From Anolis carolinensis (lineage: Eukaryota): a stretch of 64,000 bases of DNA. Positions 12,067-23,864 of the stretch are shown here, piece by piece. The notes under the pieces were generated by a model. That model ran no database searches, was not told the origin of the DNA, and worked only from the letters and a program-made list of their open reading frames with translations. The DNA is taken from contig NC_085846.1 in the NCBI RefSeq assembly GCF_035594765.1, positions 10,899,190 through 10,963,189 of the forward strand. The letters run 5' to 3'. The first letter of the stretch is position 1, and the number at the start of each line of letters is the position of its first letter. The position numbers were made by a program, and so were the translations under genes.

Positions 12067-13849
12067 TTGTTTTCTTACCTTCCTGCTCCATTTCAGGGCT
12101 CACTCCAGGTTCATATTTCAATAGGGAAATACAGTAGGGCTAATATTTCATTGCAAATGGCAGCACCATGCAAAAGCCCAATAAAACCCTGTATCATTTG
12201 ATTCTGAAGGAGTTATAGAATGAATTGTAGCATTTCAAACTAGTTTTGGGGAGGCATCACATTTTTGATGCCACTGCTACTTTAAAAACTTCCCTTTAAG
12301 GAGAAATCTAGCTCAACAAGGAATTGACCTTTCCTCTGATCTGCTAGATTTTTAACTGTGGGGATGTTCATTTTTATTTTAATACAGCAGAACACTTAAA
12401 AATGTGTATCCTTCCCATTCTGGGTCCTGAACTGGTCCCAATCTATTATTTCACTTTATTTGATCTTCGTATATCCTAAAATCTATGAGAATTTCACAGC
12501 AGATGGATAAGGCCACTTATATGGCAGAAAATTGATTTTATATCATGTAACATTAAGGGACCTGCACCATTTCAGATACAATGTGGAACAAATCACATTT
12601 TTGGGATGCTCCCTCCCCTTTAAAAACACTTTCTATGCAAGTAGAAAACTAGCACTTCAGGAAACAGACACAGCCAGAAAGCTTGCCTTCTTGAGATGCT
12701 TAAAGATAACCTTTAAAGGATGTTTTCTTCCTCTCTTTCGACACAAGAGAACTGTTTAACCACAGCACTGGCCATCTGCAGTCTGAAACTGCTGCATCTC
12801 GGGCATCCGTCGCCCGGTTTTGCGGCACCCATAGATCATGTCTCCCATGATGACGACGACGTTAAAAAGGCATCGCCTCAGACAAAAGCCACAGCACAAT
12901 GCAATAATGTATTGCACAGGCAGATTGAAAGCACCACGGAATCAATAAAGCCGCAAAAAGAACTCCTCAGGGTATGCGATGCTCTTCTGGTGTGAACGCA
13001 AAGCGGATCCTTGCTTGGTAAGTGCCAGAGGCTGACTGGAAACCATTTCCGAGCTTCCTGAAGGGAGGGCTAATGAATAAAGTCTTTAGGAGGTAACACA
13101 ATCCAGTGAATAAAAATCAAGTGCTTATTCAGTCTGTGCTAATGTATTGTACACTGGCCTGAACTTATGGATGCTTGCTCGGAAAGGGGAAAGAGTGACC
13201 CATAAACTCCATGTGGCAACTCTATTCTTACAGCCTTCAGGATACCCTCCATTGAAAGCCTTAATTTTAAAAAAAAATTGTGTCAGAAGCAATTTTTTAA
13301 AAAATATTTTATTTACGCTTTTCCAAATACATAAAAAAGAAAACAGAACCCCACATACAAAACAAAAAAAAACACCCATTACCCATCCCTGACACTTCCA
13401 GTTCTCCAGCATTACATCCTCATATTTTCTTTATAATGGCATATGATCACTCAAAGCCCTTGATATTCTTATGAATATCAAAGATATCTGTTTTTTTCCT
13501 TGGCGGAATATTCTGAGGAATTCCTTGTGTGAGTAGGTCCATATTCCTTATGTCTAATATTTTCAAAGTCAATTTCTCCACCTTAGGAGCTTCCTGCATC
13601 TTCCACACTTTAGCTAGACAGATTCTCGCTGTGGTGGTCATATATGTAAACAGTCTTTCTGTATTTAAGTCCATCTGAAAGTCCGTTATTCCTAACAGAA
13701 AATACTCTGGTTTGATCTCAAACTTAATCTTTAGTAGTTTCATCATTACTTTATGAATATCACGCAAGTATTCCTTAACCTTTTTACACTTCCACCACAT
13801 ATGCAAAAAATCACCTTTATGCTTACCACACTTCCAACATTTCCCATCC

Positions 13850-13954
13850 ATACCTCACAACCTCTGAGGATGCCTGCCATAGATGTGGGCGAAACGTCAG
13901 GAGAGAATGCTTCTGGAACATGGCCACACAGCCCGAAAGACATACAACAACCCT
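13850..13954 (+). mobile_element. 105-bp Penelope-derived insert, mostly a hammerhead ribozyme
   Basis: 11-bp TSD atttcccatcc (13839-13849, 13955-13965); splits L1 ORF2 at DGK. Confidence 0.85.
13861..13901 (+). ncRNA. Minimal type I hammerhead ribozyme motif, intact core
   Basis: CCU-CUGAGGA-U-GCCUGC(cauagau)GUGGGC-GAAA-CG-UC-AGG: stem I, stem II, palindromic ACGU stem III, GUC cleavage triplet. Confidence 0.8.
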
Positions 13955-14151
13955 ATTTCCCATCCCCTTTCCCCTTACTAAATTTCGCTAACCTTTCCGG
14001 TGTCAGGTACCATCTGTAGAAGATCTTGTACCAATTCTCCTTTAATTCCGCCGCATATGTGAATTTAAGCTTCTTCCTCCATACCTTTTCCCACTCACTA
14101 AACATTATATGTGCCAGAAGCAAATTGAGGGTACAATTATAATGCTTAAAA

Positions 14152-14822
14152 CACACACACACAAAGTTAAAAACTTGACATTATACTAGATTTCTTTTGA
14201 CCAGAAGCTGGCCACTTGGAGTGTCTCTAGTGTCACTGTGAGAAGGTCCTCCATTGTACATGTGGCAGGGTTCAGGCTGCATTGTAGTAAGTGGTCTGTG
14301 GTTGCTTTTCTCCACACTCGCATGTCATGGACACCAATTTGTAGCCTCATTTCTTAGAATTGGCTCTGGACCTCGTGGTGCACCCTGTTCAGCGCCTTCC
14401 AAGTCGCATAGTCTTCTGGTGCCCAGGAGGGAGTTTGTCATCCAGTCTCAGCCACTGATTGAGATTCTGGGTTTTAGCCTGCCACTTTTGGACTCTCGCT
14501 TGCTGAGGTATTCCTGTAGATCTTAGGAAGCTATTTCTTGACTTAAGGCATTGGCATGCTGGCTGATATCCGAACACAGGATGGGCCGGAGATGTCAATG
14601 CCTTGGTCCTTTCATTACAGGCTGCTACTTCCCGATGGATGTCTGGTGGTGCAATACCAGCTAAACAGTATGATTTCTCCAGTGGTGTTGAGCAAAGACA
14701 TCCTGTGATAATGCGGCCTGTCTCAATAAGGGCCACATCCACTGTTTTAACATGATGAGATGTATTTCGCATGTGTATTCAACAGCAGAGTAGCAAAGCG
14801 TAAGGGCAGATGTTTTCACTGT
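14152..14822 (-). mobile_element. Vingi (Ingi-related) LINE 3' fragment
   Basis: RIITGCL.STPLEK.YCLAGIAPPDI.R motif; (TG)n tail. Confidence 0.75.
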
Positions 14823-14838
14823 AATTAAAAAAAACATA

Positions 14839-15314
14839 CCACATATACTCAAGTATAAGCCTAGTTTTTCAGCCCTTTTTTAGGCTTATACTTGAGTGAG
14901 GGTCTTGGCCGGTTTATATTCAGGTTGGCTTATACTCGAGTAGATAGGTAATCAGANNNNNNNNNNNNNNNNNNNNNNNNNNNNNNNNNNNNNNNNNNNN
15001 NNNNNNNNNNNNNNNNNNNNNNNNNNNNNNNNNNNNNNNNNNNNNNNNNNNNNNNNNNNNNNNNNNNNNNNNNNNNNNNNNNNNNNNNNNNNNNNNNNNN
15101 NNNNNNNTTATATAAATATTCAAAAACATTTAACCTACTGATGCCTCAATTAATGTAATTTTATTAATATCTATTTTTATTTTTGAAATTTACCAGTAGC
15201 TGCTGCATTTCCCATCCTTGTCTTATCCTCAAATGAATAAGTTTTCCTGGTTTTTGTGGTAAAATTAGGTGCCTCGGCTTGTATTTGGGTCGGTTTATAC
15301 TTTAGTATATACGG
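14839..15314. mobile_element. Tc1/mariner-type MITE spanning the second N-gap
   Basis: Degenerate TIRs ccacatatactcaagtataagcc / ggtttatactttagtatatacgg; TA flanks. Confidence 0.55.
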
Positions 15315-15694
15315 TAATTTACTTTTTTGGACAACTGATTGGAAATGCTAGCTGGGAGGCATTAGTAATCTAAAGGAGAACTTTTCCCAGTATTAAACAG
15401 GATACTGGGAAGATTCAAGAAAGCAACTCCACCATGTCCTTGGTTTAAGAACAACCACGTTGGATCAGACCAGGGCAAGTCCAAAACCTGTTAATAAGTG
15501 ACCAATTAACTCACAATTGCAGCTGTGGATTATAACTCCAAGTATCTGCCAAACAGCATGTCTAGCAGGATATGAGGATGACTGCAATTTCCATTTTAGG
15601 ATCTCCAACAACAAATAAACAGAGACATTTAGCCTCTAATAGTTATAGTCAGCTTTGAACTATAGCAATGGTATGAGTAATGGTGCATCTACAC

Positions 15695-15888
15695 CAGGCA
15701 TGGGCAAACTTTGGTTCTCCAGGTGTTTTGGACTTCAACTCCCATCATTCCTAACAACCTCAGGCCCATTTCTTTCCCCCCTCAGCCGCTTAAGCGGCTG
15801 AGGGGGGAAAGAAAAGGGCCTGAGGTTGTTAGGAATGATGGGAGTTGAAGTCCAAAACACCTGGAGGGCCAAAGTTTGCCCATGCCTG
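15695..15888. mobile_element. Palindromic hAT MITE
   Basis: TIR CAGGCATGGGCAAACTT; perfect 8-bp TSD atctacac. Confidence 0.9.
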
Positions 15889-16474
15889 ATCTACACTGTA
15901 GAATTAATGCTGGTAGGAATTGCCTTATTGCCATGGTTCAATGCTATAGAGTCTGGGAAGCCTTGAAGATTCTTTCCCTAATAGTGCTGTTGCTTCATTA
16001 AATTACAAATGGCACGACTCCATAGGACTGAGCCATCACAGTTAAAGTGGGGTCAAGCTACATTAATTCCACAGTGTAAAGCCAGCCCTTTGTCTTCTGA
16101 TTTCTTGACTAATAAGCGAGGGCATATGACACAAATAAACGCACTGGGAAGCTGTTGCATCCATTCATCTTGCATAAATAAATGTATGCACACCTGTCTC
16201 CCAAGGTATGAAGCAAACCACTTAGACAAGGGATGGGCAAATGTGGAAGGCCAGAGAGCAATATTAATCCTCCAGGAAACCATTATCGCCTGCTATTTTT
16301 GGACCTGCAAATTATTCATATGGCCACACACAGTAACACTTGCTAATAACCACGTTTGTTACGCAGCTGTATCCAAAATGGACTCGCAATTTGCAAAACA
16401 AACTTGAAACAAATGGATGTGGAATCTCTCGTGAACTTCCCCAAACTAACATTTTCCAAGTGCTCTGGAGAATG

Positions 16475-16700
16475 GGCTCGGGCTGTGGCGCAGGCTGGAG
16501 AGCAGCTGCAATGAATCACTGCAATGAATCACTCCGACCAGGAGGTCATGAGTTCGAGGCCCGCTCGGAGCCTATGTTTGTCTGTCTTTGTTCTATGTTA
16601 AAAGGCATTGAATGTTTGCCTATATGTGTAATGTGATCCGCCCTGAGTCCCCTTCGGGGTGAGAAGGGCAGAATATAAATGCTGTAAATAAATAAATAAA
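16475..16700 (+). mobile_element. SINE with L2-type tail (Anolis SINE2-like)
   Basis: B box gagttcgaggc; tail tgtgatccgccctgagtcc...(TAAA)n. Confidence 0.75.
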
Positions 16701-17636
16701 TGACTCTCATCATCCCCAACCACCAGAATATATGGTTTTCAGGATGTAGTTTTTCTTGGAATGGAGGTGGAATAGGAGGCATGTTAAGCTATTTAAAAGT
16801 GCTGCATCTCCAGAATTTCTCTCTTGATTTCTGTTCTAATGTAGCACAAATCCTATGTAAAATCATACTGCATATTGTTGACATTAATATTGAAATCTGA
16901 AATATATACAAAAAGTCTTTACTTTGCAGATGTTAAATAGCATGGGGAACAAGATAGAAACCAAAGTGACTCTACAATCCAACAGTCTGGATGGAAATCT
17001 TATAGCATCACCTTTTGCATCAAGGTGTGGTCAAAATGGGAAAAAATATTTATGAGGACAGACAGACAAGCTCAGCAGGGCTGCAAAGGTTTATTTTAGG
17101 GCAGGATTCCACTTTCTTTTCTTCCTTGCTGAGATAACTGAGTGCAAATTACATTTGCACTCTGAATTCAGTTTGAAGTAATTGATGTAAACACAGGGGG
17201 GAAACGGTGAAGCAGAAGCTGGAAGAGAGAGAAACTAGGACATTTCAATGCAGTTGAAAAAGTGGGATGACAGAGGATTAATTGGGAATGATTCAAGCAA
17301 AATGGTATAATTGGAAGGTATATAAACATGAAGCTTATACCTTCTTTGTTTGAGTCAATTTATTGTTGTACAGTCTTTGTCTTTTTCCATTGTTTTTTAC
17401 TTAACTGACTATTATTGCTTCCTAAAAAGTTGTGTCATCTCACAACATGACTAAAGTAAGATAGCCTTAGTTTTCTTGATATCTAGGATGAGTTAAGGCT
17501 TCAGTTACTGTCTGATCCATTCATTTGTCTTTGCAGTCTGTGATATACATGGATGATACCTTTTCCGAATGACGAAATGGCCATTTAGCAACATGTAAAG
17601 CCTTGGAAGCACTACTGATCATCTGCAGGCAAAACA

Positions 17637-18116
17637 TCTATATATATAAAAGGGTAATGAAATTTCGGCCTAGGACAAAACAACAAAACTACACATCCCA
17701 GAAACACTAAATTTGGTAGCACAACCCGTCATCCATGCCTCTATGTTCATACAACAAAAAGAAAAGAAAAATACAGTCCTAATTAGAGGGAGAGGAAGAA
17801 TTGTTTTTATCCAATTGCTGCCAGTTAAAAGGCTAAGCTCCGCCCACTTGGTTTCCTAGCAACCCACTCAGCCCAGGGGACAGGCCTCACTTAGGCCTCT
17901 TCCACACTGCCTATAAGGTACAAATTATTTGATTTTAACTGGATTATATGGCAGTGTAGACTCAAGGCCCTTCCACACAGCTATATAACCCATTTATAAT
18001 GGACTTAATGTAAGGTAAAACCTTTACCCTTTACCTTAACTACCACCAATTCCTCAATACTTTATTTCCCATACCACCAGACTTCGCCACAGCAACGAGT
18101 GGCCTGGCACAGGTAG
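17637..18116 (+). mobile_element. Non-autonomous Helitron
   Basis: 5' TC start, 3' hairpin gccac..gtggc followed by (C>G)TAG; sits between A and T with no TSD. Confidence 0.65.
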
Positions 18117-18120
18117 TTAT

Positions 18121-18123
<3 letters not shown>

Positions 18124-18170
<47 letters not shown>
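18124..18170. repeat. (TA)n microsatellite
   Basis: Read directly from the sequence. Confidence 0.95.
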
Positions 18171-18175
<5 letters not shown>

Positions 18176-19716
18176 TTTGACAATTAAACTTTGTGTTTGC
18201 AACTCCTTGGAGTCACAATAACAACCTTGAGGGCCATATGCATTCGTGACATATGGAATAACATCCTGTTCATGCTCAGATATTATTATTGTTATCATTC
18301 ACACAGGAACTTAAATATCCTAAAGGCACTAGAACCTGTCTGACCTTGGAAGCTAAGCAATATGTGAGTATTTTCTTAAGCAAGGAATACCTCTGAGTAT
18401 TCCTTGCGTAAGAAAACCCAATGAAATGTTTTTTAGGATGCAAAAAGTCAACAGATAATTTTGAAGGCACATGTGCACATGTTGTCCTACCAATCGGTTT
18501 GCTCTTTGGATGGGTGGATGGAGGACTGTGGTAACAAAAATGACTCAACAGTTGGACTTTGGTTACTATAACCAGCATGACTGGTTTTTCCTGTTGGGTT
18601 TTGTCCAGGGGACAGATGCATTTGTCTCTTTCCAACCATAGCACTTACCAGTATATTCATAGCTAACTGGTTTGGTCACCTTTCATCCAGCTGAACTGCA
18701 GGGAGTAAACATATATTTCCTGTACTTGTGCTGGGGAATTGGGGCAAGATTTTATGAGATCTGCATCTCCTGACCTTTGCTGTCCTGTAAAAAGGTCCTC
18801 TTGGTAGGAAATTCAATAGGAGTTATGCCTTGCAGAGCGATATAATTTATTTGTATGTTGAGATATAGTGAATTACAACTCCCATCGTGCATATTTCCTG
18901 TGTGCAATGGGATCATGTGGCTTTCACGTGTTTCATGGGCATCACTTTATGGCAGGCTAGAATATAATGTTATAGCCATCACTGCAGTTCCTGGCCTGGC
19001 CTGATTCCCAAATCTCTCTTACTCCATCCTTAACACCAAAAGCCAGCCTCTGTGTTCTGGTAAATGGTGTTGCAGAGCCCTCTCTTGAAAACCACATATT
19101 TACAGCATAAAAAATATCTCCCTACAAGAAGGAGCACATTAAAAGGGAGGATTCTCTGGCTCCCTTGTCTACTATTTATGGGTTTTTTAAATGCACATGT
19201 GAGAGAAATCAGATATCCAACCTCCTTCTTGGAGTGATACATTGAGGGAAAGACAAATATTTGCCTTTGAGATAGTTCTGAAATGTAAATACATTTTGTT
19301 TCCTTCTCTTCACAGTACATTGCCTGATCCTGTATTGCCATATAATGAAGTTTCAAGCTATTGTATATGGCAATGCAGACCTATAGATGAGGCATGGGCA
19401 AACTTCAGCCCTCCAGGTGTTTTGGACTTCAACTCCCACAATTCCCAACAGCCGGTAGCTGGGGCTAACAGCAGGAGCTCACCCTGCTCCCTGGACTCGA
19501 ACTGCTGACCTTTTGGTCAGCAAGTTCAGCAGCGCAGCAGTTTCATCCGCTGCACCACAAAGTATGATGGGTATTATAGGCCATCCAAGAAAGAGGACAC
19601 TCCATTGTGGAAGGTTATAATAAAATAGTTGGAATAGGCTTTCATACATGGGTTTTCCCAGCTGAAATTGCAGTGTTGATTAGACTTATATTTGCTGTAG
19701 AGTTCCATTTCACTAC

Positions 19717-19982
19717 GCCCCTGGTGGCGTAGTGGATTGACGCCTTGTGACTTGAAGGTTGGGTTGCTGACCTGAAGGCTGCCAGGTTCGAATCCCACCT
19801 GGGGAGAGCATGGATGATCTCCCTCTATCAGCTCCAGCTCCATGCGGGGACATGAGAGAAGCCTCCCACAAGGATGGTAAAAACATCAAAACATCCGGGT
19901 GTCCCCTGGGTAACGTCCTTGCAGACGGCCAATTCTCTCACACCAGAAGCGACTCAGGTTGCTCCTGACACAGAAAAAAAAA
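19717..19982 (+). mobile_element. tRNA-derived SINE with A tail (third SINE family)
   Basis: A box tggcgtagtgg, B box ggttcgaatcc, tail ctcctgacacag(A)n. Confidence 0.8.
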
Positions 19983-20456
19983 GCCTTGCCCATTAATATC
20001 ACCTGGACTGGGTGAAGATGTTGTCACCCTGGAGCATAACTGGCTCTAAAGCTCCAACGTCCAGAGGCACGTCTGGGGTGGATCCCATCTCCATGTTTTT
20101 ATCTCAGCTTGTCCTCCTTTGACCCACTCTGATCTATCTTAGGCCTGCTGCATTCTGCTAAACAGGGAGCAAGGGACCGTTTGGGACGGTGGAGGCGCAG
20201 GGGCTGAGGTTATAGCAAGAAGCTCAGGTTGCAGCTCAGGGAGTCACCTTGGCTGCCCTACAAGAGAAACTGGAGCCAGGGAATCCTTGAAAAATACCCA
20301 TCCCTGCTGCGTGTGGACATGAGGCCACTTCTTTCAGAATGAATCCAGTTTTGTCACTCGAATAGAAATATTTTGGGTGTCATTTCCAGATATGACTGTC
20401 CGGAATTATATTTCCGGAGATATAGATTTTACTATAGTAGGATTAACTAGATTACA

Positions 20457-20717
20457 GAGCTGCAGTTGCGCAATGCACTAAACCCTTGTGCTGGCTGTAC
20501 TGCTGACCTGAAGGTTGGCAGTTCGAATCTGCGAGACGGGGTGAGCTCCCACCTGTCAACTCTAGCTTCCCATGTAGGAACATGAGTGAAGCTCCTCACG
20601 GATGGTAACACATCCAGGCATCTCCTGGGCAACGTCTTTGAAGACGGCAGATTCTCTTACACCAGAAGTGACTTGCAGTATGTTCTCAATTTGCTTCTGA
20701 CATGATAAAAAAAAACA
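20457..20717 (+). mobile_element. tRNA-derived SINE with A tail
   Basis: Same family as 19717-19982; TSD aactaga(t/g)taca. Confidence 0.8.
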
Positions 20718-21321
20718 AACTAGAGTACAATCCCACTCTTTCTCAGCTCAAGCATGATGAAGAAAAGGGGACTGGTATTTAAAAACTTTGTTAAAAGGCA
20801 TTTCTTTGCCAGAGCTTTGTGAAGTAAGGTGTTCCACTGAATAGCAGCTATGGACACAAGCCATGCGAGCCAACACTGGTTGCCATTGTTGGAGACAAGA
20901 TGCTAGGACATGCTAGGGTCATGCTCGGAGTCAACAACGTGAATTATCAAGTTACCATTTTCAACATGTGTGGGGCAGAGGCAATTGCTTTTAGCAACTC
21001 AGCCCCTGCAAAGCCCCTCCTGTTTCTCCTAGTCATATTGCTCAAGGAGGTTCAGCTTATGGGTACCACTTAGAGGAGTTTGGCAGAACAAACGGCACCA
21101 CAGTCTTATTTACATGAATACTCAGAAATAATCCCATGGAGTTTATTGGAATCCACTTTCACATAAATTAATATAGAACACCGTATATTCTTTTCCATAA
21201 GCAAAACAAGGGATGTGGGTTAGTCCCAGCAAAGTGCCTGTTGCTGTTATGATTTGTAGCTTGCTGCCCTCTGGTGCCCACAACCTGCTATATTATCTAA
21301 TATCTATAGTAAGATGAAAAA

Positions 21322-21647
21322 GGAGCCCCGATGGCGAAGTGTGTTAAAACACTGAGCTGCTGAATTTGCAGACCGAAAGGTCCCTGGTTCAAATCCCGGG
21401 AGCAGCGTGAGAGCCCACTCTTGCTCCAACTTCTGCCAACCTAGCAGTTCGAAAACATGCCAATGTAAGTAGATCAATAGGTACTGCTCCGGCGCGAAAG
21501 TAACGGCGCTCCATGCAGTCATGCCGGCCACATGACCTTGGAGGTGTCTATGGACAACGCCAGCTCTTCGGCTTAGAAATGGAGATGAGCACCAACCCCC
21601 AGAGTCAGACATAACTGGACTTAACATCAGGGGAAACCTTTACCTTT
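21322..21647 (+). mobile_element. Sauria SINE
   Basis: 14-bp TSD tatagtaagatgaa (21305-21318, 21648-21661). Confidence 0.9.
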
Positions 21648-21660
21648 TATAGTAAGATGA

Positions 21661-21961
21661 AGGTTTTCCTGTCCGACTATGGGGGTTGGTGCTCATCTCC
21701 CTTTCTAAGCCGAAGAGCTGGCATTGTCCCTAGACACCTCCAAGGTCATGTGGCCGGCATGACCGCATGGAGCGCTGTTACTTTCCCGCTGGAGCGGTAC
21801 CTATTGATCTACTCACATTTGCATGTTTTTTAACTGCTAAATTGACAGAAGCTGGGGCTAATAGCGGGAGCTCACTCCACTCCCCAGATTCAAACCACCA
21901 ACCTTTCGATCAGCAAGTTCAGCACCTCACTAGTTTAATCTGCTGCACCACCAGGGGCTCC
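21661..21961 (-). mobile_element. Sauria SINE
   Basis: Reverse-complement consensus, tail-to-tail with the previous copy. Confidence 0.85.
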
Positions 21962-22642
21962 ATATCATCTATAGTTTTTCAAATAATCAATTGCTGTTGC
22001 GATCCAGTGTAGTTTAGTGGTTTAACTATTGAACTAAGCCTCTGGAGAAATAGATTTAAATCCCACTTATCTGTGGAAACCCACACCACTGGGAACAAAC
22101 CACAAAACACAGTTAGACTGATTTCCAAATAAATGTTTAGGATTTTTAAAATGTTTATATTTGGAGCTGAAATTATTTGGATCACAGCTCCCAGCATTAC
22201 TCCCTCTTAGCTATTTGAGTGAGGGCTGATGGAACGTACAATCTAGCATCACACTGGTGGATAGCATGATTCCCATCCTGGGTTTCTTTTATAACAATGT
22301 CCTCTTGCACATTTCTGAGTTGGGTTTTTCATTGTGCAATGAAATTAGAGACTTCATGCAAGTGAAGTTCCTTTCTCCATCTTTATTCTTGCAGATTACT
22401 TTCTGCCCCAGATTTTGTACTTTGAGGCCATCTTTGCTTTTTGTGTGCCTTCAAGTCATTCCCAAATTGTGGTGACTCTAAGGCAAACCTATCATAGCTG
22501 GGTTTGTAGGGCTAAGAGTGTGTGACTTAACCAAAGTCACCCAGTGGGTTTCCATTGCTACATGGGGAATCAACCACTGGTCTCCATAGTTGACACTAAA
22601 ACTATGCTGGCTTCCATAGAACCATGATCTGTGTGAAAATTT

Positions 22643-23683
22643 TCATTTCATAGAGAAGACCATAATGTGGAAGATGGCTACCATCTTGTTCAGTACAAAG
22701 ACCTTGAAGTGATAGAAGTAAATGCATTTGGCAGATACAAACATGATGAAGATAGTGAGGTGGGTGATGTAGGTGGAGGCAATCTTCTTGTTGGAAATCT
22801 TCTTCAAGCTTCCATTAGTTATTGTTATGTATATAATTCAGATTGCTTACTAGTGTATATGTGTGTATTGGTATGCAGTTTCCTTAACTCTGTGTTGTGG
22901 GATGGGTTGCAGACCACATGACCAGATCTGGGATTGTTCAGAACTCAGACTCTATTTTAGAAACTGTTATTTTTCCCAGACACCAGTGGGAACAGTATGC
23001 TTAGACTTCAGTAGAAACTGATGTATGCTTTCAGACACCAGTAGGAACAGAATGCTGTGCAGAAACCATGAGACTTTCAATGTAGAGACTTCAGTAGAAA
23101 CAGTACAATTTAGAAGTTCAGTAGAAACAGTACAATTTAGAAGTTAGAACAGTACAATTTAGAATTTTGAAACAGACTACAGAGACTTTATTAGACTTTC
23201 AGAGCAGATAGATGCTTCAGACTTTGGACTGTTGATTATAAGAAAGATGCCCTGTGTTACCTGCACAGAGAAACTACTTCAAATCCTATCTGTAACTGGA
23301 TTGATATGTAAAATACCTGAATGCTGAATACATGAAGTTTGTGAGTAAACCAACTGTGTTACTTTTAAAGAAGTCTTCTTATTTTTGCCTCTTGAGAGCA
23401 TGATTTAAAGGCAAATATATTTTAAGGGAGAGTAGATGTTTTTGAGCAACTAAAAGAACACTTCTGAAGCTCTGCTATATATGTGTGTTTTGTGCATTGG
23501 CATATCTTGTCAAAATGTTGTGACTTCTGACAAGGTCATGCCTTTCCAAAGATCATAACATCTCCAAAAGGTTATGGAGATTTCCATTTTCCAAAACTTC
23601 TCACTTTGCTCTTGCTGGACTTCATTTTGACCAGCAGAGGAAATGAAGCTAACCATGAAACATGTGAAAGAATCACAGATCTT
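22643..23683 (-). pseudogene. OR4N-like olfactory receptor relic (TM5-TM7) split by a solo LTR
   Basis: Hand translation. About 23600-23680: ..FTCFMVSFIS / LLVKMKSS. About 22643-22788: KIASTYITHLTIFIMFVSAKCIY...LNKMVAIFHIMVF. Both align to the C-terminal half of the 23865-24818 protein. Confidence 0.75.
22789..23596. mobile_element. Solo LTR with Copia-like termini
   Basis: TGTTGGAAA...TTTCCAAAA; 5-bp TSD cttct; internal tandem ttcagtagaaacagtacaatttagaag; homologous to 53845-54498. Confidence 0.8.
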
Positions 23684-23864
23684 ATTATAAGGAGCTTGTT
23701 CCTAATGTTGGGGTGAAATATCCTTTCCTGTAGTTTGAATCCATTGTTCTATGTCCTAGTTTGTGAAGCAGCAAAAATAAGTTGGCTCCATCTTCAATCT
23801 AACACATTTTAATATTTACCCTAGACTTACCCTAGAGGCCAACTTTCTTCTTCATAAACCTTTA

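Larger units (their letters stand above)
13295..14110 (-). mobile_element. L1 LINE 3' fragment (ORF2 Cys-rich C-terminus and 3' UTR)
   Basis: ENWYKIFYRWYLTPERL...CWKCGKHKGDFLHMWWKC; AATAAA near the 3' end. Confidence 0.85.
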
